Below, piece by piece: positions 26,190 to 38,899 of a DNA stretch of 64,000 nt. Made by a program: the position numbers and the translations under genes. Source of the DNA: Macrostomum lignano (Eukaryota); the NCBI GenBank assembly GCA_002269645.1, contig NIVC01001855.1, positions 62,001 through 126,000 on the forward strand. The letters run 5' to 3'. Below the pieces are notes generated by a model that was given only the letters and a program-made list of their open reading frames with translations, made no database searches and was not told the origin of the DNA. Every line of letters begins with the position of its first letter. The first letter of the stretch is position 1.

Positions 26190-26495
26190 AACAAAGACTT
26201 AAGATATGGGACCTACAACAAAGACTGGGATGTGGGATATAGAACAAAGACTGGGATGTGAGATCTAGAACAAAGACTGGGATGTGGGATCTAGAACAAA
26301 GACTGGGTGTGTGGGATCTAGAACAAAGACTGGGATGTGAGATCTAGAACGAAGACTGGGATGTGGGATCTAGAACAAAGACTGGGATGTGAGATCTAGA
26401 ACAAAGACTGGGATGTGAGATCTAGAACAAAGACTGGGATGTGAGATCTAGAACAAAGACTGTGATGTAAGATCTAGAACAAAGACTGGGATGTG
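26190..26495. repeat. 26 bp minisatellite TAGAACAAAGACTGGGATGTGGGATC just downstream of the SDF2 stop
   Basis: Period 26 (AAGACTGGG at 26221 and 26247). Confidence 0.95.
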
Positions 26496-26537
26496 GGATC
26501 ACACACTAAGCGAGATGGGCGCTGCAACCCAAAACAA

Positions 26538-26831
26538 TCACAGCTCCCCAGAGTCGTGCAGGCCGGCGCCGTCGGCTCCATCGCCCGACACGACAAACGC
26601 CGGCCGTTCAACGCTTGGCGCGCGGCCCATCCCAGGCGACCCCGACGCCTCGTTCGGCTTCACGAAGACGCCCTCCGCGGCCAGCCAGTAGCTGCCGCGG
26701 CCGCCGCCGCTCGCCACGGCGCTGACCTCCGCCTGGCCAGCGATGGGTCGACCGAAACGCGCGCCGGCAACGTGCAGGTAGCGCTCGGTGACGCTGTGCC
26801 GCAGGCGCACCCGCTGAGACCGAAGCCACAG

Positions 26832-26864
<33 letters not shown>

Positions 26865-29800
26865 GGAGGTGTCGCAGACAACGGTCCAATCGTCGCCGCG
26901 GTCGCCTTCGCCTTTGGCGTCGCCGTAGGCGGAAACCTGCAGCAAAAGACGCATAAAAATTTGTTTTTGCATTGGGATCCGCGAGAATTGGGATTTTGGA
27001 TCTAAAACTAACATTGGGATTTGGGATTTAAAACTAACATTGGGATTTAGGATCTAAAACTAACATGGGATTTGGGATCTAAAACTAACATGGGATTTGG
27101 GATCGAAAACTAAAATTGGGATTTGGGATTTAAAACTAACATTGGGATTTAGGATCTAAAACTAACATGGGATTTGGGATCTAAAACTAACATGGGATTT
27201 GGGATCGAAAACTAAAATTGGGATTTGGGATCTAAAACTAACATTGGGATTTGGGATCTAAAACTAACATTGGGATTTCGGATCTAAAACTAACATTGGG
27301 ATTTCGGATCTAAAACTACATTGGGATTTCGGATCTAAAACTACATAGGGATTTCGGATCTAAAACTACATAGGGATTTGGGATCTAAAACTAACATGGG
27401 ATTTGGGATCGAAAACAAAAATTGGGATTTGGGATCGAAAACTAACATTGGGATTTGGGATCTAAAACTAACATTGGGATTTCGGATCTAAAACTAACAT
27501 TGGGATTTGGGATTCAAAACTAACATTGGGATTTAAGATCTAAAACTAACATTGGGATTTCGGATCTAAAACTACATTGGGATTTGGGATCTAAAACTAA
27601 CATTGGGATTTGGGATTTAAAACTAACATTGGGATTTAAGATCTAAAACTAACATTGGGATTTCGGATCTAAAACTACATTGGGATTTCGGATCTAAAAC
27701 TACATTGGGATTTCGGATCTAAAACTACATAGGGATTCGGATCTAAAATTACATTGGGATTTCGGATCTAAAACTAACATAGGGATTTCGGATCTAAAAC
27801 AAAATTGGGATTTGGGATTTAAAACTAACATTGGGATTTAAGATCTAAAACTAACATGGGATTTGGGATCTAAAACTAACATGGGATTTGGGATCGAAAA
27901 CAAAAATTGGGATTTGGGATCGAAAACTAAAATTGGGATTTGGGATCGAAAACTAAAATTGGGATTTGGGATCGAAAACAAAAATTGGGATTTGGGATCG
28001 AAAACTAAAATTGGGATTTGGGATCGAAAACTAAAATTGGGATTTGGGATATAAAACTAGCATTGTGTAGTGATCCGCTAGTTGGTGTTAGGCGTCGCAC
28101 TTTGTCAGCAGTCGCACTTGCCCTCGCCCTCGCCCTGGGTTGCTGTCTGCCGCTGGTCAGCTTCCCGCCTCCCTCCTTTTGTCTATCTGTTGCTGCTCCC
28201 TTCCCTCATTTTGCCCGCTTTGCCCCTTGTTTCTCAGCCCTCAGCTTCTCTGCTGTGGGCTGTCTCTGTTTCGCTAGGTCTTTGTTTCCCCTGTCATGTG
28301 AGCGAGTCACATGACAGATCCTCTGTTCTTTGAGTCCTAAAGTGCAGTAAACATGTTTACTGCACTTGTTGGCCCTGTTTACCGGGAGAGTCACATGCTT
28401 TCGGCCCCCTCCCTTCTCTAAGGAGAGGAGTGACTCATGTTGCTAAAAATAGCAAATGAGTCACAGCCATGTGCACTCTGCCGGGAGACCCTCAAGTGAC
28501 GTCAGTTCTAAAAATAGAACGAGTCACGAGGTCTTCCGCACGCTTGTACCCTGCCCGAGACTCTCAAGTGATGTCAGTTCTAAAAAAGAACGAGGTCACG
28601 AGGTCTTGTGCGTGGGTGTTTCCCGGTTATAAATAGGACCCCTCTCCCTTGTTTCCGTCAAGGTTTTGGCTTCTTATCTGCGGAGAATTCACTAAGATCC
28701 CGTGTGCGTCAGTGTCTAACTAAGTGCCCTTTGCGTACTGAATCCGTTTGTACTGGTCTGACTGAGACCCCACTAAAGCCCAAGCCTAAGGAAGGCTAAC
28801 ACTGCCTTCCCAGCCACCCCTGAGCCAGCGGGGATCTGCTGATCAGGACGCCTTGTTCATTAATCTGCAAATCTGCACGCTGTGCTGAGTTCGTTGACTT
28901 GTTTATTTCGTTCCGACGGGAAGCTCACCTAATCGAAGGCCGAGACCTGAAGGAACTGGTGGCAGCACTACCTACGCTACTGAGAGTTGAGAGAAGACTT
29001 CCCAAGAAGAAGAGGCCGCGACTTAAGGTAAACTTAAGTGCCTAACCGGGAAGAAAACACCATTCCACAACACTGGTGGCAGCGGTGGGATTCAAAGACC
29101 TACCAGGCCACCCCGAGAAAACCATAAGTACTTCAATTGGGATTTGGGATACAAAACTAGCATTGGGATTTGGGATATAAAACTAGCATTGGGATTTGGG
29201 ATATAATTATAAAACTAGCATTGGGGTTTGGGATACAAAACTAGCATAGGGATATGGGATACAAAACTAGCATTGGGATTTGGGATACAAAACTAGCATT
29301 GGGATTTGGGATCTAAACCTAACATTGGGATTTGGGATTTAAAACTAACATTGGGATTTAATATCTAAAAATAACATTGGATTTGGGATACAAAGCATTG
29401 GCTTTTGGGATCTAAAACCAACATTGGGATTTGGGATCTATAACTAACATGGGATTTGGGGATCTAAAAATAACATGGGATTTGGGATCTAAAACTAACA
29501 TTGGGATTTGGGATCTAAAAGTAGCATTGGGATTTGGGATACAAAACTAAAATTGGGATTTGGGATCGAAAACTAAAATTGGGATTTGGAATCGAAAACT
29601 AAAATTGGATTTGGGATCGAAAGCTAAAATTGGGATTTGGGATCGAAAACTAAAATTGGGATTTGGGATCGAAAACTAAAATTGGGATTTGGAATCGAAA
29701 ACTAAAATTGGATTTGGGATCGAAAACTAAAATTGGGATTTGGAATCGAAAACTAAAATTGGGATTTGGAATCGAAAACTAAAATTGGGATTTGGGATCT

Positions 29801-30200
29801 GGATTTTAAGTCTACAAACCTCTTGTTCCTGCGTGATAGGCGAGCTATACAGATGACTGTGCAGGTTTTTTCCCGTGGCCAGGTGAGTCAGTCGCAGAGT
29901 GTCGCCGCATCGGACGGGGTCGCCACGGCGACAGCCGGTGCCGCTGGTGGCGTCGCGCACTCGCCAATACGAGTTGGCGTCCTCGGTGGCCTCCACGCCA
30001 GTGACAGACTGCTGGCCAGAGCCCGAGCCGTAGCGAACCTCGTGCGAGTGCAAGCGAACATTGTGCGCCAGATTTTGTAGTTTTAGCACCGAGCCGCAGG
30101 TGACAAAGTCGAATAAGCTGCCTGGGTGGAGTGAATGACAGCCGTGGGTAAACGGCATGAGTAACTTTAACTTCTTTAGTATAAGCAAATACTTCGTCAT
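26538..30200 (-). CDS. SDF2: Stromal cell-derived factor 2 (SDF2/SDF2L1 family, three MIR domains); exons 30200(or acceptor 30121)-29820 and 26936-26538; N-terminal exon uncertain
   Basis: VTCGSVLKL, VRLHSHEVRYGSGSGQQSVTGV, NSYWRV, LRLTHLATGKNLHSH, QEVSAYG, DDWTVVC, GRPIAGQAEV, YWLAAEGVFVKP are SDF2 hallmarks. Phase-0 GT-AG intron 29819-26937. Confidence 0.93.
26985..28065. repeat. 25-26 bp minisatellite (ATTGGGATTTGGGATCTAAAACTAAC), SDF2 intron, segment left of the LTR
   Basis: Seen directly. Confidence 0.97.
28066..29072 (+). mobile_element. LTR (about 1.0 kb) of a truncated LTR retrotransposon inserted in the SDF2 intronic satellite
   Basis: Starts TGTAGTG, ends CACAACA (imperfect terminal inverted repeat); TATAAA near 28629; internal tandem duplication about 28490-28610; immediately followed by a PBS. 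Confidence 0.85.
29074..29092 (+). other. Primer binding site complementary to the tRNA-Leu 3' end
   Basis: TGGTGGCAGCGGTGGGATT is the reverse complement of AATCCCACCGCTGCCACCA, the 3' end of eukaryotic tRNA-Leu(AAG/TAG); 1 nt after the LTR end. Confidence 0.88.
29135..29805. repeat. 25-26 bp minisatellite, SDF2 intron, segment right of the LTR
   Basis: Same family as 26985-28065; runs to within about 15 nt of the donor at 29819. Confidence 0.97.
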
Positions 30201-33200
30201 CTAATCAGTAGTCAGCAAAACTTTGGATTTAATATTTGCTAAGTAGCTCGTATGGTAGCTATGGCTGACTTGAACTAAGAACTATTAAGTGTTTGTTGGA
30301 TTAAACTTATTATCTTTAATACATTTTCATAGTATATAATCTAACTTTATTCAGTTTTTTACTCTTAGTATACCTTGTTTGTACTCCTTGAATGAAAAAA
30401 CCTACTTTTATGCAAATTGAATTTGATGATTTCTCAAGTTAAGGATTCTAAACATGTTAAAATGTGTTGACATGCCAATTGATTTTTTATATCTAGGCAA
30501 GACACTGCCCAAAAAGACTTCCATTTGCCTCAATGGAGCAAAATGGAGCAATGGAGCTTTGCTTCAATGGAGCAATGGAGCAATGGAGCTTAATTAATTA
30601 TTAAAATACATGTTAAAATGGTTGTTTTTTGACTCACTTAATAAGTTGTTTATTAGACAATGTATATACTAAAAAACTGTTTGTTGGTATATATACATAT
30701 ATATATATGTGTGTGATTAGCCTAATAACTTATTTATAATTAAAAGTTGAACATATTGCCAACTAAAGAACATTTATGCCAATTGGGAGACTTATAATTG
30801 TTCCCAATTGTCTTTTTGGCATAGTTATACTAATACTTATAGCAGTTTCCATGCTTTTTGGTGCCCATGCTATTCAGCGTCTGGCATTTTGGTGCCTCAG
30901 TGTATGACGCTTAAATAATAGAAAAATTAATCTAATAACAAATATAATAAATATTTGTTAATGATTCCTAACAAAAGCAGTATCCATTTTGTTAAACTGG
31001 CATGTTTCTTAAATTTCGAAAAATCTGTTTGATTTAATTGCAAGCATTTGCTGTATCTAGTGTATATACAAGGCTGCACTTAGCACATGTGCTAAGATTA
31101 AGAAGACTTAGTTTTAGGTAAAGATGAAATCCATCTAACTATGCTTACATGTATAGTTTTTATTGAAATTACTAAATGTGACAAATAAATTTTAGTATTG
31201 ATTTCCTGAGTTACACAATTGTGTTTTTTTCTTGAGAAGTCAAGTCGAGTCTCAACTCAGTCGAGACAAAAAATTTAGTAGTAGTAGTAAGTTTTGCTCA
31301 GGCAGCAAGCCTGTTTGGCTGGTATACATCAATGTATTTAATAAAAGTTCAACAGTAGAAGGATAATAACAAATTTGTATTAAATATGGTATTTGAAAGA
31401 TTCTAAATTTATATGAAACAAGAGAATTTTAAAAAATATTAAAACAGCTAATCAGCTTAACAAAATGAATAATGAAAATATAACTTTACTTTTTAAGTAA
31501 AGAAGTAAAGTAAAGAAATAAATTGCAAAGCACCTATTGCTAAATCAGAGCTTACTATCTATCTGTTTATGTCCAATTCTATTTTAAAATCTAGGCACTG
31601 AGAAGCAAACTAGGGCACCAAAATGCCGGGCACTGAAAAGTGTGGATACCCTTATAGCATAGTTATGACAACTATGCTAATCACTAAAATTGGTATGTTA
31701 TCTTAACCATACAATCCCAGGCTGATATTACAAATCTTTTGGTGAAAACGCGATCAAAATCGGTGAAGAATTGCTCTCTCTAGAGCGTTATGGACAAGCA
31801 TACAAATATTAGAGATTTAGTATATTTAGATTATGACAAAAAATGTCAATTGTACCCTTTATTATTAATTGACAATAACTTTTCTATTTCTTTTTATTTT
31901 CATATTCTATTTAACATACTTAAGCTTAAGCCAAGGGACAAATATTTTCCAATATTTAAAACAAGTGGTGAGAACAATTTAAATTGTTTTATGCTATTCT
32001 TTCCCTTTTTATTTAAAAGACCTATATTGTCCTAATGTAAATATGCATATTGTACACTGAATTGGTAATAAAAGAATTTAATGCTAGTTAATAAATTTAT
32101 TTCAGTTTTGAAGGCAAAACATGGAAAGCTAGATTGCATAGTACTCATATAATTAGGCCTATATAATACATCAGTAATTAATTTAATTCTATTATTATAA
32201 GAAGTTACACCTAGGCCACTAATTATTTTTGTTTCTATAATAGGCTTACTTAACATCTTAAGCTTTTAATAAAAATCTAATTTAATCAGTTGGTACTAGT
32301 ACTTGCATTAAAAAACCAAGAGACCAAAATTAAAAATAAACAGATTTTTAATTTTTTATGTAATTTAAATAATTATAAATAACAATGTAAACTATTACAC
32401 TATGGCTATGCTAAACTATAGGGGCCTAAACATTTTTTGAAAAATTAAAAATTCAAGTTAGACTAGAATTAGATTTTTTAAATATGGCTTCTATCTTAAA
32501 TGAGATTCAGAATTAAATGGTTCTATACTTTTATTATTTTTAGATACAATATTTCATTTCAATGTCAATAGCAAATTATCTGACTTTTAGTTAGCAAAGT
32601 AGGCCCCTATATTGTGCTCACTACTCACTCCTATTTATTTAGCATTTAAGTAGGGCCTAGGCATAGTAATTAGTAAAATCTGTCTTCTAGAAAACTGTTA
32701 AAATGTGTATGGCTATAGGGCCTATACCATATCAATCAAATCAAGTCGCAACTAAAGTCGATATATGATATGAACTTATTAATTATTTGCGATGCAACGT
32801 GTGGTCAAGACAAAGACAAGTGCTGGTAGATTTAAAAGAATTGGACTATAACACGAGTTACAAAGCAGAAAAAATGAATGTAAAGACATAGCCTTAGTGG
32901 TATATAGACGACAGTAAGTTAAATAAGACCTAGGAAAACAAAACTCCAGAAGCAGGCTAGTATAAGGAGGTACAACAGCATACTGGCAACAGCAGGTGCG
33001 TTGCAGCGTTGTTCGGTTCGCCTAGGCCAAGCGCCAAGCCAATGGCAATGCAAGCATGGTGTAGTGAAAAACATACCTTTAACGTGGCATTGTAAAAATA
33101 TGAACGCAAAAATCCATGTTGAAAATATTATTCTTGTTTCAAACAGTAGCTTCATCATTTCTCTTAAAACTATTTTTACTGTACAAGCCAAACAGAGATT

Positions 33201-33831
33201 AGCAAGTGGCGGCAAGAGATTCAGCTAGACTTAGTTAATATTATTCATAAAAGTTGCAGTTAAAAAAATGGGACGCCAAGTCAACGAAGATCACTAAAAA
33301 AACAAATAAATAATTTAAAAGTACTGTGAAAACCCTTTTAAATATTGTTTTTATTCGCTTTTTGGATTTAAATTATAAAAATATATGTATAGCGTTTTAA
33401 GATGCATTCCGTTTTTTGCACTTCTAGCTGCTATCTAGCGGAAGTTAGCAGAAATTTGCGACGGGCAAGTACTTTAATGAACAACTCTGCACAATCCAAT
33501 GGCCCCTTAACATCAGCACTTATTTGCCACATTCTGTTAACATTTTATTCACAATAAATTGCAGCCCAATTTACTATTACGACATGTATACATTCAATTG
33601 CAAAAACTCCAAGAGCATACCACATTGTTTCCAATCGCTGCATGTTTATGTTTTCCATAAAGATTATTTTATATTTTAAATTAACCGAACTTCATGGAGG
33701 TAATTTGCGTAGAATTAACGATTGTTTAAGTGTACGTAAATATGACATATACATGCAGGTGTACATGTACGTATACAAACGAATTCGAGCGTATTTCACC
33801 ATTACCAAACAAGGAATTTTTGTCTTAAACT

Positions 33832-34833
33832 TCACATGTCAGTAACATTTCGATTTCGATCACTTTTGTTGACTGAAAAGGTAGTATCAGGCAGGTAAAT
33901 GTCTTCCTGCTCTGGACTAGTGTTGATCTGCTGGGCAATTTCATCCACATCTGATATCGATGACTCAGCGCCTGTCAAACCGACGTCACTTTCAATGCAA
34001 ATCTCCGGGAGAAAGCAGCCATAGTTGTGTCGCTCTACTTTTGCTCCGGTTGCAGCAGCTAATTCATAATTAGCGGTAGCAGTTTCTGAATTAATCAATT
34101 TAGGTGTCATTGGCGGAGCGCGAGGCTGCAGGTGACCGCGAAGAACTTCTGTCGGCTTCTTCTTAGTCTGCTGACGATGCGACGTTGATAGGAGCTGCAG
34201 ACTGCCACTTGCGCCTGCAGCCGCAGCTAAGCCTATAGTCGGGGATGGCGACCTACTTCGGCAATAGGCGTAGCTCACGTTGCATGACTGGGAGCTCGCC
34301 CGTCGACCTGAGCTGCCGCTGGCGAGCTTCGGTGTGACATTGCCACCGCTAGCGCTGTTGTTGCCGTGCGATTGCAGCAGGCTGATGAAGCGCAGAATCT
34401 TCTCCTTGCGAGTTCGACGTTGCACAGTTTGAATCTCTTTCAGATACAGCGAGATGTTATTGTCCATGCGACTCTTGCGGATGTAGGACGCGATCAGTAA
34501 TATGATAGAGAAGCCCCAAATGAAAACCACGGCAACGACATAGAAGACGGCGCCGCTGTTGTCGCTTCCCGTCGAAGTGCTGCCGGAACCAACAGAAGAG
34601 TCCGTGTCGACTTTGGCAACGAAGTGAGTGTCATTAATTTTGCGAATGAGCAGGCTCAGCGGCTCAGTGGGCAGCTGATGTCGATGCCGAAATTTCATGT
34701 CGTAGCTCGCGATTTTCGATGAAGAGCGGGAATTGAAGCTGGGCTTTAGGAGTGAGCGATAAGGAGGGAGCACGGCTCTCTTGGCCGGGAGCTTTCTTAC
34801 ATACTCGATCAAACCTCCTGCCCACCTGTCCAT
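33832..34833 (-). CDS. Intronless single-pass membrane protein with KCNE/MiRP-like TM segment (333 aa; alternative start 34698)
   Basis: Long ORF; TM FYVVAVVFIWGFSIILLIASYIR; N-D-T sequon upstream; long Ser-rich cytosolic tail. Confidence 0.75.
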   Translation of the reverse strand: MDRWAGGLIEYVRKLPAKRAVLPPYRSLLKPSFNSRSSSKIASYDMKFRHRHQLPTEPLSLLIRKINDTHFVAKVDTDSSVGSGSTSTGSDNSGAVFYVVAVVFIWGFSIILLIASYIRKSRMDNNISLYLKEIQTVQRRTRKEKILRFISLLQSHGNNSASGGNVTPKLASGSSGRRASSQSCNVSYAYCRSRSPSPTIGLAAAAGASGSLQLLSTSHRQQTKKKPTEVLRGHLQPRAPPMTPKLINSETATANYELAAATGAKVERHNYGCFLPEICIESDVGLTGAESSISDVDEIAQQINTSPEQEDIYLPDTTFSVNKSDRNRNVTDM

Positions 34834-35260
34834 CTCTTTCCTACACCTGGCCCTATGTATGCAATTAGACTGCTTGAAGGGAGGTGATTAGGCCGAGCTC
34901 GGGAATTAGCCAGGCTTAGAGGAATCTCTATTATGCAGAGGTAGGCTTCGAAGGGAAGAGAAACCCGCTCGCGAAAGAAGAAGACCGTCAGGTGTGCATG
35001 CTTGAGCTTATAATTGCGCCGGCGGAGCAACTCCCCATTACCTGCTCTTATTCATGATTAAAAGCAGACAAAAGGTCCCTTTCTATAATATATTCTTCTT
35101 AGTTCGTCTCAGCAGGCCTGCTTTGCGAATAGCGATTGCCCCTGCTAGGACGCGCTGCAATAGAGGCATAGATGTCATGGCACTTGGAAATGGCTTCAAT
35201 TTTCAGCTGGATCTGTTATATGTAGATACTGATGAACATGCAGGTACTGAACACATACTA

Positions 35261-35435
35261 GTGTACGGTTGTTCAGTCCAAGGACTGGGAGGTCGCCACA
35301 CACCCTCAACTACCCACCCATTTTACAGCTGGGTGAACTGAAGCAATACAGAGTTACGAGCGTAAGTGTCTTGCTCAAGGGCACAAATTGTTCCGAGTAG
35401 GTCCAGAATCTAAACCCCAACCTTCCAGCTCCCAT
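35261..35435 (-). mobile_element. Degenerate copy of the tRNA-derived SINE
   Basis: Reverse complement of the SINE body (CAGCTGGGTGAACTGAAGCAAT, GTGTCTTGCTCAAGG on plus); head decayed. Confidence 0.78.
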
Positions 35436-35676
35436 TAACTTATTTCTTAGAAAATTAATGCAAAATTAATAACAGAAGAATGGTATTTATGAAAAATATA
35501 TATTCATTCACGGCGTCCAAATACCTCATTAAAATATTTGTATGCATGCACATGCGGAAACATTATTCAGACATTAAAATGTATGGACAACTAAGACCGT
35601 AGCTATAAGGAAGAAAAAGAAAGCAACAAACCTTTGTCTTTTGTTCGGATCAAAACATGGCTGGGTCAATCCAGAA

Positions 35677-35914
35677 CAGGGGCCGGCACACTCCGGCCCG
35701 CGGGTCACATGCGGCCTCTCTATCCGGTCCCTCGGGTCGTAATTGACACTCTTTACAATAGCAATCCGGCCCGCCCATAGTTTGGCGTCTCTTCTCTTCT
35801 CTCTAATCTCCTCTCCTCTAATCTCCCCTCTCCCCTCCGCTGGCCCGCAGCCATGCGCTACATTCTCTACACCGGTATCGGCTCAATTGAAGTAAAAAAA
35901 GTTTGCCAACCCTG
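35677..35914. mobile_element. hAT-type MITE, 238 bp
   Basis: Imperfect TIRs CAGGGGCCGGCACACT / AGTTTGCCAACCCTG, flanking 8 bp near-duplication ATCCAGAA / ATCCAGAC, internal GGCCCG motifs typical of hAT/Charlie ends. Confidence 0.75.
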
Positions 35915-36042
35915 ATCCAGACGATTAAAAGACGAGCATACAGGTACATGTATTTGGCAGCGTTGCCGTCATTCTTCGTTAGCTGAGTGAATATGAAATT
36001 TCGGTAACTGTTGAACACTTGGCGCTGCTCTCTCCTGGCCTT

Positions 36043-37261
<1,219 letters not shown>

Positions 37262-37669
37262 AGACAAATTAAACGCAGACTCAGTCACTTCTGCAGAGAA
37301 TCTCAGAAAAAAAGTTGAGATCGAGTTGTCACAAATTGTCTACTGGTGGCCTGTGCTCAACAGTTTCTTTTTTGACTCTTGAGCAAGCAGTTCAATTTAA
37401 GCCACAGCGCAATTATAGTCAATATCGACCCACTCCTGGTCCAAGAAAAATCGATAGATTCTCAGTTCTATGCATGAGCAGCTCAGTTTGAGCACACACT
37501 ACGGCTTACTTCCTGCGCTTTCAAGGGTAACGACCAAATGACTGGCAAAGAGCCCTGTTTAGCTCTGCTAAAACAATATGAACAGCTGGACTCAGTTCTT
37601 ACTACTAGGCGCCTATTATCTAGTCCAAGAGTAGCTCTGCTCGGATAAGCAATTTTAAAGTATTCCAAT

Positions 37670-38048
37670 GGCTTTAAATGCTCATCGTGTCATACACCAT
37701 GCTCATCAAGTCATACACCATGCTCATCGAGTCATAAACCATGCTCATCGAGTCATACACCATGCTCATCGTGTCATACACCATGCTCATCAAGTCATAC
37801 ACCATGCTCATCGTGTCATACACCATGCTCATCAAGTCATACACCATGCTCATCGAGTCATACACCATGCTTACGAGTCATACACCATGCTCATCGAGTC
37901 ATACACCATGCTCATCGAGTCATACACCATGCTTATCGTGTCATACACCATGCTCATCGAGTCATACACCATGCTCATCGAGTCATACACCATGCTCATT
38001 GAGTCATACACCATGGTCATCATGTCATACATTATGCTCATCGAGTCA
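37670..38048. repeat. 21 bp minisatellite TCATACACCATGCTCATCGAG, segment left of the solo LTR
   Basis: Seen directly; heterogeneous, GCTCATC variant dominant. Confidence 0.96.
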
Positions 38049-38899
38049 TGTAGAGTGTTCTACCTCCCACAAAAAGAAGTAAAATTGTTAATCACAGAAT
38101 CCTACTGTAAGTAAGTTAGTGCACACATGCGCACAGAAAATTTAAATATGAATCCTAATACTATTTATAACCTGAAATGAATCATATTACTAATTATAGC
38201 GGCGATGAGTCATGTTACCCCTTATAGCGCAACAAGCTAGTCATGTTACTATTTTTGGCTGGCCGAATCGTCTATAAATACAAGCGGTCCGAAGCGGAAC
38301 CGGAGTCATTCTCCCGACTACAGGAGAGCTCCGAAGAGGAAGCTTTAGGAGGACTTCCTGATCACCGAGTCAATCGCAACTCGGTCGAGTTGTTGCGGTA
38401 AGCCTTGCTCATTTGCGCCAGTTGTTATTGAGTCGACTCACTACGAGCGTATTGTTATAATGTTAGAGTCTGTTGAGACTCTTGAGTCCATTTGAGACTC
38501 CATTGGTCGTAGTCTCCAGAAGGACTACCCTGATAGCTCTTAGAATAACTATCAGTGATTACCGGAGGCACTGCTAGAAGGAGAAGGCTTAGGCGAAACC
38601 GCAGTTGGCGCAGGGATCCCATTGTTGATACGAGGCCTCTGATTGGTCCTGACTGCAGATACCGGCCGGAAACGACTTTATCAGAAGTACAAGAGGAACC
38701 AGGACCAGAGCTGCAGATTCAAGACGTCTAGACGCATTGAAGAGATCTACGACGAGATGTACATCGAGAACTACTGAAGAGACATCTAATCCGGATTAAA
38801 GGTAATAAATACCTTCAGTTGATTACTGGGTTGCCTAGCAGTAGCTAGAAGTGATTGTTCCTTGATTACAGAGAAAGTCTGGTAATAAGGAACACATCA
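38049..38899 (+). mobile_element. Solo LTR, 851 bp, with 4 bp target site duplication GTCA
   Basis: GTCA|TGTAGAG...ACATCA|GTCA; TATAAA 38273-38278, TCATTC Inr-like 38306-38311, AATAAA near 38805; interrupts the 21 bp satellite. Confidence 0.8.

Noticed and set aside
37400-37660. Possible hAT transposase C-terminal remnant on minus (YPSRATL..ESSC..FSR; CIE..DIDYN)
   Set aside because: Similarity too weak and fragmented to support without a search.
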